This document shows, one piece after another, positions 34,401 through 44,710 of a stretch of 64,000 nucleotides of DNA; positions within the stretch are counted from its first letter, which is position 1, and each line of letters opens with the position of its first letter. The translations under genes were made by a program, and so were the position numbers. This DNA is from Thraustochytrium aureum (Eukaryota), in assembly GCA_012862495.1 (NCBI GenBank), contig BLSG01000298.1, positions 1 to 64,000 on the forward strand, written 5' to 3'. Below the pieces are notes generated by a model. That model was given only the letters and a program-made list of their open reading frames with translations, ran no database searches and was not told the origin of the DNA.

Positions 34401-37400
34401 GCCAGAGACGAAGCCCCAGCATGCATTTCCACAATTGGCCTTGACGTCGCTTTCGCCGCCGAGTTCTGCGAGTACATGGGGTTACACGAGCTGAGTAGCC
34501 GTGCGGCGGGTATTCTAGCATCTGGTGTGTGCGGCACGGATCGCACCGATGCGCTTGTTCGTCTCGCGGCGCAGCGCGAGGCACGGCTTGGGAGCTCGTT
34601 GCTCGCTCGGGTCTTGTATCGGCAGGCCGACAAGCTTGAAGAGCGCGCGGCAACCCTCGTGGCAGCAAAGTTCTACAAGTACGAGTTCCTTTCTAGCCGC
34701 ACGGACGAGGACGGGCAGGTCGCGCCCGCTCCGACTGCGCGCTCGACGGGCGGAGTGGAGCGAAAAGGCGAGGACATTCTTGGCAGTTTGCTTGGCGCGC
34801 TCAATGCGCGTGTCTGCCAGGCGATTGGCGCAGCACGCGAAGCGGGCGACGAGGAGCTCGAAGCAGATAATCTTCTCCTACTCGCGTCCCTGCAACTCGC
34901 GCGCGGCAATGACTCGGGCGGCGCACTTGAAAGCGCGACGCAAGCGCTGCAGCTTCGCAGTTCGTTGGCGCCGTCCTGGAGCGGGCCCTTTTCACAAACC
35001 GGCGTCGAGTGGCGTCATGCCTGCGAGTTGGGAGACTGCATCGCCCTCGTTGGCCAGATTCGCGAGCAGCGCGGGGACCCGCGTGGGGCAAAGTACTACT
35101 ACGAGCAAGGCCGGCTTCTAGCGGACCGCATCGGGTCCGTTGTGCTGCGCAACCGGTTTGCGTTGCTGAGGTCTGCCATGGCCATGAAAACAAGCAAACT
35201 TTGCGACGCAGAAGCGATCTTGGGCACGTTGGCAGCGGAGACCGGCCCGCGGCATGAGATGGAAGCGCGGGTTTCCCAAGCTGAGTTTGCATTGCGCCAA
35301 GGCAACCTGAGCGTTGCTCGCGACGCGGCCAAGGCCGCTGAGGCGCTTTGGAAGCGCTTGGTCCAGCACCGAAGCGCGGACAACTCCGATCTTGGCGCCG
35401 GGAGAACCGGGGTCGCAGAGGTTGAGCTCGAGGACGTGGAGGGGCTGCGGTTTGTTTTGGGCGGCACAGCCCCTGATTGGGACGCCTCCCCGTCGGCCTT
35501 CTTGGTTGAGGCACAGGTCCAGCTCCTGCTGCTCGGCGCTCGAGCAGACGTTGCCGCTGGTGGCCAGGCTCGCGAGCGAGCCGCGCGCTCACTGGAGAAC
35601 CTTGTCGCGCAGTGCCGCGCGACCCCCCTGCTGGAATACCAGCTCAGTAGTGCCCTGGTCGAGCTCGGATGGGCTGGCCACGAGTTAGGCCGGCCTGCAG
35701 CCAACGCTCGCGTGCTGCTGCAAGAGGCCTTTGTTGTTGGGCGCAAGTTTGCCAACCCAGAGCTGAACAGGCGTGTGTTCAGGTCGTTGAGCTGCTTTGC
35801 GCTTCAATCCCAGAATGGGACGCCCGAGGCGGTGGCTTATCTAGCGCACGCTTCCTTTGCGATGTCGCTTTCTCTTGAGCGTCTTAGCCTTGAGCAAGGC
35901 GGGGGGGCAGCAAGATCGCTCCACGAAACGACCAAGCTGAGCCTCGAAGAGGGCGCGGCGCTGCAGCGTGCAAGTGTCGCGGACGTCTTGCCCGGAAGCT
36001 GGGCTATTGTGAGTTTGTCGCTACTCGATGACGACCGGCACGCCCTGCTCGTGTCGCGGGAAACCACGAACGGGTCCGCAACTGTGCTGGTCCGTTTGAC
36101 CGCAGATGCGCACGATCGCGCCGCACAATTCGCAGCGCTCATCGAGGAGGCAGAGCGCACAACGCGGGGCGTAACAGCCGACGCTGCAGCAGAATGGGAT
36201 CGCTCCAAGAAGCGGGCGTGGTGGGCGCAGCGCAAGGATATTGACGCCCAAGTGAAGGACTTTCTCGAGGAACTGGACAGAGAGTGGCTCGCACCGCTAC
36301 TCTTCATGCTCGCACCACCTGCTGGATCTGAGACGCGCTCGAGAGCAGGCCACGGGCGGTTACTTGCTGACCGCTTGATGTGCGCCGGAGCGAATTGCAA
36401 CGCCGTCCCAAGTGTGCTCGACACTTTAGTCGAGTACCTCATCGGCCGGCCTGCCGGTAGCGACGTAGATTTGGTCGCGATTCTGCGCGTCGTGTTCGCG
36501 GTCGACGCGGAGGCTGGCGATTCTGAAGCAGTCCTTGCCATCCTCCAGGACTTGCAGGCTCTCGTAGGCGGTTGTTTGCGTGAGGACGGCGCAGGGTGTG
36601 GTGTCTCTCGGCAAGTCTCTGTCGCTGGGTCTGACTCGGAGAGCGAGGAGGACGAAGAGGGGGCTCTGGACGCCAAGGCTATTGGAAAGCTCAAGGTCGT
36701 CGAGCTGAAGGCGCACCTTGCCGAGGCCGGGCTTTCGACAAGCGGACTCAAGAAGGCGCTCACGGAGCGCCTCGTAGCTCATTGCCACGCCCTCGACGCC
36801 GCCCGAAGGGCTCGGCGAGAAGCGGTTGCCCGACGCCGCGGCGTGGGTGCGTCCATAGGACCTGCAGGGCGGGTTCCAGGCCACCTCGTTGTGATACTCT
36901 CTGAGCAGCTGCAAGGTATCCCGCTCGAGTGCGTTCCTTCGCTGTCGTCTATGTCGATATCGCGAATGCCCTCTCTGCCGTTCGTTTTGGAGCGCCTCCG
37001 TGACTGGAACTCGGCCAGCCCAGTGGAAACGGGCCGATTCGTGGTCGATCCTCGCGGCGACCTCGAGGCGACCCAAGCAGCGCTCGAGCCCGTTTTCGAG
37101 AGGGTTGCCGCAGTGATGGACTTGGAAGGCGTGGCAGGTGCGCGCCCCGCGGAGGACCACGCCAAGTTTTTCCGCGAAGGATTGGAGGAAAAGGACCTCG
37201 TCGTCTTTTGCGGCCACGGCAGTGGCGAGGACATTCTAAGCCGCGAGCAGATCGCCCGGCTCAGCAAGTGCGCGTGCACGCTGCTAATGGGGTGCAGCAG
37301 CGGTAGGCTCCACCCGCAGGGGCTCTTCGAGCCTGCCGGGGTTGTACTCGGGTATATTTTGGCTGGTGCACCTGCGGTGGTAGGCAATTTGTGGGACGTC

Positions 37401-37595
37401 ACTGACAAAGACATCGACCGCTTTACCACGTCTCTCCTAGAGACATGGGTGGTGGGCAGCCCCGGGCCTGCGCTGACGCTCTGCGAGGCCGTGGCTCGAT
37501 CGCGATCCGTGTGCAAACTCAAGTACCTCGTAGGCGCTGCCCCGGTCTGCTATGGTCTCCCGCTTCCTGGCAGGACATGCACCAAGCCAGGGTGA
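31437..37595 (+). CDS. ESP1: separase (peptidase C50) with inserted SAP domain; intron 31538-31623; gap 33407-33724
   Basis: Catalytic FCGHGSG (His) and LMGCSSG (Cys), plus GNLWDVTDKDID, WWAQRKDID and GAAPVCYGLP. There is a long TPR-like N-terminus. The GTGAGT...CTGAC...CAG intron joins ATG 31437 in frame. Confidence 0.95.
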
Positions 37596-37845
37596 TCTTT
37601 TTCGACCCCGTTGGCGCCCGGCAACGTTAGATTGCGTGGTAGATTGAGTAATTTTTTTTAAAAACATCATTGCATCTGACTCAATTCCGAGGCCTTGCTA
37701 GCTAGCTAGTCGAGGTATTCCTCTCCGTGCCGGCGCGTCTTGAAACGCGTTTCGGGGCCCGACAGGGAGGCAGAGGCGCGCTCTGCTGGCTTGCTGCTGG
37801 GCCGTCAATCAGGGCTGCTGTGCTTGCCCTTCCTCATGGCTCCCT

Positions 37846-39472
37846 TCAAGCGCTGGCTACAGCGCCACTCCCGCCAGTTGAGGCAGCGCCCGCGACGCTG
37901 CTGCCGCCGTTGCTCTGCTCGGCTTCTCCTTCTTGCTCCCTCGCTGAAGCCTCTGCCAGCCGGATCGGCGAGCGCGGCGCGACCTTTGTCGGCGAGCCCC
38001 GCTTCTTTGAATCGGGCGACGCTACCCGGCTCTGAGGCGCTCGCTTTCTTACATCGGGCGAGTGCCTCGCTACGGCGGCTGCTGCTTGCCCTGATGGCTT
38101 TGCCCCCACGCGGCTAGCTTCCTCTGTGCGAGTGCCGTCGCCAGGGCGCGGCACCTCCGGCTTGGCCGCGCCATCAAGCCCATCGTCGTTGTCCTCCTCC
38201 TCCTCCTCCTCCTCTTCCGCCTCGTCCTCTGTGGGAACGTCGACCTTCGTGTTGATCAGCTTGACCGCCTGGCTGAATGTCGTGGCGCGCTGCATGGCAT
38301 GCAGAAAGTCTTCTGCGAGCCCGAAGCGCTTGGAGCGCGGCGAGGTGAAGGGCCGGCGCGGCGAAAAACGTGTAGTTGTCCATCTCGCGAAACACCTTTG
38401 GGCTCAGGCTGTCGGCCGCCTCGCGCACAATGTTGCGGTAGGCTTGGGATTCCTGGTAGAGGTCTGCGTCAGAGGCCGGAAACTTGTTTTTCGCGAACGT
38501 CCAGTTGAGCACGTATTTTGGAAAAGCGCGCTCAAAGGATGCTGCGGGCCCTTCGCCGAAGGCGAGGATCGTGGCGTCAGCAACCTTGGTGGCAAATGCG
38601 CAGAGCACCTTGACTGCAGCTTCGGCCCCACGAGGGAAACGGCCCTGCGGCGGCAAGTCCAGGGTTTCAAGCGGCGGGTAGATCGCGCGCTCGTTCACGC
38701 CGCGCTCAGCCAGGTACTTTGTTGCAACGTCGCGCGCGACCATTTGCCGGAAGTACGCGTCGGCGACGAGCATCTTAGTGGTCTCGGTGAGGCGCTTGCT
38801 GCGTTTGCTGGAGGCAGTGTCTGTCGGCGAATCGGGCGGCGGGCTCGGGGCTTGGCGCCGCTTCGGGCCCGAGCTGCCTGTGGAGGGCATCGTGGCCTTT
38901 GCGCGCCGGAGTTGCTTGCTCAGGGTCGGCGTGGCCGTCCCAAGCGAGGAAGCCGAGGGCGACCGCATCGTCGTTCCTCGCGTGGCAGCGTTCCGTGTAT
39001 CTACCGACTCGCGTCGCCGTTGAACAGGACCCCCCGCCCCTCCTGCTGCCGCTGATTTGCCCTTTGCTTTGTTGAGCAAGAGCTGGAGCAGCTTTTCGTG
39101 CGATTCGGCGCTCAGGAGATCGAGAACCGTGCCAGATTCGATAGCTTCTTTCACATGCGCCGAGACCTGCCGGCTCATGTACTTTTCCTGCAAGGCCTCG
39201 ATTTCTTCAGCGGGGTCCTTGAGGCCCTGCAGCTGCTCTACGACATCATGCAGCTGCTGGAAATCATCGCGCACGAGCACACCTTCCAGGGCCCTTTTCG
39301 CCAGCGACACCGCTTCCTCGTTGGGCAGCGCTTGCACCAGAGCATCAAACCGCTTGAGCGCATCCTTGTTCGCCTCGGCGCACCTTCCGCAGGCCAGCCT
39401 CGCGGCCTCGCGTGCCTTCTTCAGCCTCCGCAGCCCGTCCACGAGGTCGTCGACCTTGCCCGTCCACTTCAT
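37846..39472 (-). CDS. hypothetical protein (helical N-terminus, acidic/low-complexity C-terminus), frameshift near 38367
   Basis: A long ORF with coding-like codon bias. The two frames join at a T5 run (A5 on the + strand). I recognised no family. Confidence 0.65.
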
Positions 39473-40279
39473 CCTCCCGGCCGATCGTTCACCGCCGCTT
39501 CTACAGGCCCAACTGCAAGGCGCTCAAGTACACAATCCACCTGCTCCAGTGCCTGCTTGCTCGCCTGCTTGCCTGCCTGCACTCTGTGCTCGCCTGCCTG
39601 CTCTCCTGCCACAGCGGCGTCTGCTCGTCGCACAATCATAGATTCCGCCTTAAACGCACGTTTTTCCCCCGCTTTGTTCGCAGTACCTTAAATTAATGTA
39701 CCCGCTCCACCGAAAGTCCAAGTAGTACTCTACTTTGCAAGGACTTGCGCTTGCGAAGGACCGAACAGGGCGCCGCTCTGGCCTTCTCGCCTGCCGGCGG
39801 TGGCACGCAGGCCTCGTCTGGGCTACTTTGCGGGCTTGCTCTTCTCTCGAAGAGGTTGCTGCTTGGAGCAACGACTGGGGCCGCGGGTGGTGGTCGGAAG
39901 CGAGTCGTTTTCATCCGCCCGTGATATTGCCAGCATTGCCCCTACTTGCTCTAGAGCTAGTCGCGGTCGGTCGCGCGCTTCGTGACAACGATCGGGTCGG
40001 AAGCCCATCATTCCCCGTCTTCAGAGTTTTGGTTGCGCCTCGGAGGTTGCGGTTCCTGTGTGGCCGGTCTTGGCGGTCCCCTCAGCTTTGCGGGGCAGGA
40101 TGCCCCGTTCAGGGCTGGCCAAGGAGGCAGCGTTTTCTTCGAGCTGCGAGAGCATGTGTAGCCGTGCAACGGTTCTCCGCTTGAGGATTTTGTAGAACAG
40201 CGTCGCGGGGTTAGTTGACGCAAACCGTTTTTATCCGGAAGTAGCTTCTTACCCAGTAGTCCAGGTCGAGACTTCCGCC

Positions 40280-40321
40280 ACGCGACGAACCGCCGCGCGA
40301 CGAACCGCCGCGCGACGAACC
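40280..40321. repeat. 15-bp tandem repeat, about 3 copies (gcgcgacgaaccgcc)
   Basis: Read directly from the sequence. Confidence 0.85.
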
Positions 40322-41230
40322 TTTGTGGTCCTCAGCTGGTGAACTGCGGGCGATCCTCCCGCTGTCGCTGCCGGGATTGGTTGCAAAGGTGATACGGCGA
40401 ACGTAGCGTCCTTGCCGAGGACACCGAAGACCACATCGTGCGAGCCCAGCATCGCATGCATCGTTTCCTCGGCCTCGGCGGCCAGCTCATCCGGCGCCCA
40501 AACGCCAAACCTCGAGTTGATATTGCCGTCGAGGTCGAGCTTCCTGCGTGTCGCCTTCGTCAACAAGTTGGGGCACGAAGGTGTGCCGAGTCGCAAGAGC
40601 TGGCCCGGCGAAGAGCAACCTCCGCGACGCGCTCCGGCCGCGATCCGGACGGGGCATTTACAGAGTGCCCCGGTCCGAAGCAGACCGCCGCGGCCACGGC
40701 CGAGTCCGGTCGCTACCTCTAGCTAGAGGAAATACCCTAAACGACAAGCGTGGAGAAGCTCAGTTGGCCCGCCACGCACGCGCCGAATCTGGCAAAAGGG
40801 CGAGCGACCGCGGCCGTGCAATTGCCATGAGTCACTTCCAACGCCGTTTTGCAGCCCGCGCCCTTGGGCTGACGGCGTCGTTGCTGCTGCTCGGACGCGT
40901 CGCCCAAACATCACACAGGGATGCGGCCTCGCAGATGTGGCGCGCACTCGTGATTTCCCCGCGACTCCACCATGGGCGCACGATGGCATGTTCCCGAAGT
41001 CAGTCCCCGTCACGGTATTTCCCCGTCTGCCAGTGTCTCTCCTCCTTCTCCTGGGCGCGCTTGGGCTGCAGTGCGCCAAGGGACGGACTCGTCCTTGCTG
41101 GTGGTGTTGTTCATGATTTCAATTGACCAGAGCCCAAATCGATCAGCCGAGCGAGCGGCGGATTGGCGCTGACGAGACCGCAGGCATTGGAAGCGTTTGG
41201 CCGAGCGAGCGAGCGAGCGAGCGGGCCAGG

Positions 41231-42206
41231 ATGGTGCTTAAGAGCCGCGTTTGCGATATGCTGGGCATCCAGTACCCCGTTGTGTGCGGTGGGATGCACT
41301 ATGTTGGGTATGCCGAACTCGCGGCTGCAGTGAGCGAGGCTGGCGGACTGGGCATGATCACCGCGCTGACGCAGACCTCGCCTGAAGAGCTGCGCTCGGA
41401 GATTCGCAAATGCAGGAGCCTGACGAAGAAGCCCTTTGGGGTGAACGTGACCCTGCTGCCTGCTCTGCAGCCGCCCGACTACGGCGCGTACGCCCAGGTG
41501 ATCATCGACGAAGGCGTCAAGGTGGTGGAGACGGCCGGCCGCAGCCCAGACAAGTTTANCAAGCTGTTCAAGCAGCACGGCATCATTTGCATCCACAAGT
41601 GCGTCCAAGTCAAGCACGCCCTGACCGCGGAGAAGCTCGGCGCCGACATCGTGAGCATCGACGGGTTCGAGTGCGCCGGCCACCCCGGCGAGGCGCAGAT
41701 CGGCAACTTTGTACTTGGCCCCATTGCCAAAGAGAAGCTCAAGATCCCCTTTATCATCTCGGGCGGCGTTGGCAACGGTGTCCAGCTCGCTGCCGCCATG
41801 GCCATGGGTGCGGGAGGGCGTCAACATGGGGACGCGCTTCATGGCGACCAAGGAAGCCAACATCCACGACAATATCAAGAAGGCTCTCGTTGATGGTGAC
41901 GAGCTCTCGACGACGCTGATTTTCACCACACTCAACAACACTGAGCGCGTTTACAAGAACGAGACGTCGGTCAAGGTTGCGGCCATCGAGAAGGAAAACC
42001 CTGGCGACTTTTCCAAGATCGCGCCGTACGTCAAGGGCGACCTGTACCGCAAGAGCTTCCAGGAGACGGGCGACACGCAGTCGAGCTGCTGGAGCGCGGG
42101 CACCGTCATGGGCCTCATCCACGACGTGCCCAGTTGCAAGGAGCTCATCGAGCGCATGGTTGGCGAGGCTGAGGCCACCATTCGCGGGCTCAACGCGCGC
42201 CTTTAG
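41231..42206 (+). CDS. nitronate monooxygenase / FabK-like FMN-dependent TIM-barrel oxidoreductase, PTS1 (-ARL); frameshift near 41813
   Basis: LGIQYPVVCGGM, ELAAAVSEAGGLG, KPFGVN, DGFECAGHPG, SGGVGNG, GAEGVNMGTRF and WSAGTVMGLI are family motifs. Confidence 0.92.
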
Positions 42207-42526
42207 GCCGCGCCTTGGATGCCGCCGCAACCACCAATACCACCAACAGGAAACCGCAAATCATGATAGAGTACTCTCTGCCATCAGCCAGAAATCACGA
42301 TCAAATCCTCCGCCAACTCGCGCGCAGCGGCGCCCGTTGTGTCGTCTCGCAGTCCCGCCCGCACAGCAAGCAGCCCACAGCTCGAAACCTCGTCACAGGG
42401 GCCTCTACGTCACTCTCTATATTCGACACGACGGGCCCTCTGTGACGTGCTCAATCGTGCGGTCTCGACCCGTAAAAGATGCAGCAGCAACAGCAGCAGC
42501 TGCAGCAGAGCCGCATCGCGCTGGCG

Positions 42527-42528
42527 GG

Positions 42529-42568
<40 letters not shown>

Positions 42569-42570
42569 CA
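42527..42570. repeat. (GGCA)11 microsatellite
   Basis: Read directly from the sequence; lies upstream of the lectin gene. Confidence 0.95.
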
Positions 42571-42723
42571 AGGGTGAGCTTTGGGAGGGATAGCCTGAAC
42601 GGCGAAAAGGCCGCGGCGGGTTTGGGCTGTGGGTCGCGCGTTCGAGTTGGCTCGGGAAGATCCCTGAACCGACCGCGACGAACGCCAACTTGCGCGCCAG
42701 GGTTCGGCCGCTTGGAGGGAGCG

Positions 42724-44364
42724 ATGGGGCTGCGGCGCGTGGTTTGTGCCGCTGCTGCGGTTGCGGCTGCTGTTGTTGGGGGGGCTGCGGCTTCTGCTGT
42801 TGGGGGGGTTGATGGGGATCTGCTCGGTAAGGACGAGTGGGTCTACAGGGAGTTGCTGCCAGGCTGGTCGCTCGGGCCTGCCCCGTTTCCGCATCCGGTG
42901 CACTCGTCGTACGAGCTGTTTGGAGACGCGTTCGCGCAGGACGACTGCATCAAGGTGACGGATGCCGCGCAGCACCAAAAGGGAGCGCTGTGGTCAAAGC
43001 TCGCGATGGAAAGGACCGACATGTGGCAAGCCGACTTGACGTTCCGCGTGGGCGGCCAGCCTGGCGACTTTTTCGGTGACGGCTTTGCGTTCTGGTTCGC
43101 GAGGGACCGCGGCGTGGGTGGAAACGCCCTTGGAGGGCCCGACCGCTGGGTGGGCTACGCCGTGTTTTTCGACACGTACAAGAACAGGGAGTTCAAGGGC
43201 AAGCGCCACCCGTATGTCTACGCGGTGGTAAACGACGGCAAGACGGACTACAACAAGATCAGGTCTACCGATTTAGAAAGCGGGTGCCACGTGCCCTTCC
43301 GCAACAAGTTGGCCGACCAGCTGGACGAAACGATTGCACGCATCACATACCGCGACAGAGTCCTGAGCGTCATTTTGAAGCCAGTCGGCGCTGTCGACTG
43401 GGTGCGCTGTTTCGAGATCCGCGACGTGGACCCGCCCAACGCCCGCCCATATGTCGGCGTGACGGCGATGACCGGCGAGCTCGTGGACAAGCACCACATG
43501 ATCGAGCTGAAAATGTACACCGACATCGAGCTAAACCCGTGGGATTACGCACACGAGAATGACATTTCCCAAATGCCCGAGATGTGGGAGGCCATGCGGC
43601 ACAGCGGCGATGTGGCGCGGGAGTTTGAGGAGTGGGAGCAAGAGATATTGGAGGAGACCGAATTCGATCCCATCGAAGAAGACTACGACTACGCGGACGA
43701 TGACTACGGCGAGGGAGGGAACAAGGCGGACGCCTACGACGCGGAAGAGGAGGAAGAGGACGAGACGGACTCGTACAAACCCGCCATAAACTCCAACAAG
43801 TTCAACAAGATCCGCGAGCGTCGGGCTCGCTACGAAGCGATCAAAAGGCAGGGCGGCGACAGCCAAGCAGACCAAGCCGACGACCAAGCCGACGACCAAG
43901 CCGACGACCAAGTGGAGGCGGAGGGCGCGGAGCGGGACGGGCCACGGCGCACGGGCAAGTCGTCCAAGCGGCACTTTGGAAGCAAGTTCTCCCGTGCCGA
44001 GTTGCAAAGCATCTCAGAGATTATCGAAGGGACTGAAATCGGCGCCAAGTTTAAGAAAATGCAGGCCGACCAGAAGGAAAAGGTGCAGAAGATGCGCAGG
44101 CACATGGAAGCGGAAATCACCGAGACGGTGAGCAAACTCACAAGAATGGTTCGCGATATCCGGTCAAAGGAGATGCAGCTCAACGCTCGAATGAATACGG
44201 TGGCAACGAGTTTGCACATGAAAATCACTTCTGTCGCATTGATCAACAACGCGCGAAGCCGCTCGTGGGTCTGGCCCTCGGTCTTCATTGTTGCGCTCGT
44301 TGTCGTGGTTGGCACTGTCGGCTACATGAAGTACCGTTCGTTCATGAAAACGCACTTGTTGTAG
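42724..44364 (+). CDS. L-type lectin cargo receptor (ERGIC-53/VIP36/Emp47-like), type I membrane protein
   Basis: Signal peptide; GDGFAFWF and FFDTYKN lectin motifs; GVTAMTGELVDKH; acidic and coiled-coil stalk; C-terminal TM with tail KYRSFMKTHLL. Confidence 0.9.
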   Translation: MGLRRVVCAAAAVAAAVVGGAAASAVGGVDGDLLGKDEWVYRELLPGWSLGPAPFPHPVHSSYELFGDAFAQDDCIKVTDAAQHQKGALWSKLAMERTDMWQADLTFRVGGQPGDFFGDGFAFWFARDRGVGGNALGGPDRWVGYAVFFDTYKNREFKGKRHPYVYAVVNDGKTDYNKIRSTDLESGCHVPFRNKLADQLDETIARITYRDRVLSVILKPVGAVDWVRCFEIRDVDPPNARPYVGVTAMTGELVDKHHMIELKMYTDIELNPWDYAHENDISQMPEMWEAMRHSGDVAREFEEWEQEILEETEFDPIEEDYDYADDDYGEGGNKADAYDAEEEEEDETDSYKPAINSNKFNKIRERRARYEAIKRQGGDSQADQADDQADDQADDQVEAEGAERDGPRRTGKSSKRHFGSKFSRAELQSISEIIEGTEIGAKFKKMQADQKEKVQKMRRHMEAEITETVSKLTRMVRDIRSKEMQLNARMNTVATSLHMKITSVALINNARSRSWVWPSVFIVALVVVVGTVGYMKYRSFMKTHLL

Positions 44365-44710
44365 TAAACGCCAACGAAAGGGAGACCACGCCGACGAGGC
44401 TTTTGTTGACAACCAGCAAGGCTCTAGCTCTTGTGCTTGCGCCGCCTCGGGGTGGCGCGGCCAAGGCTGCAGAGGGAGGAGCAAGCGGCTGCGAGCTTGC
44501 CGCAGAAGCAGCATGGCGGCGAAGGTCTCAAACCCAGGCCTATAGGCCCTGGGATCCATATCATTGTTTGTTCTTCTCTTCATTGTCTGGTCAATCCCCG
44601 GAGCCAGCCCTGGGTCAGCGAGAGTGCTACCGCGAGAGACCCAAAGCAGCTTCAGAGCCTTGGCAGGTCCTCTACCAATCCCAATCAGCAACTCCTCGCC
44701 TTGCTCTTGA

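Noticed and set aside
21770..37595. FAN1 and separase as a genome-maintenance cluster
   Set aside because: They are separated by an unrelated gene, and eukaryotic gene neighbourhood alone is not evidence of a system.
40249..41126. Short ORFs between the hypothetical gene and NMO
   Set aside because: They have no recognisable motif or clear start, so I could not support a gene call.
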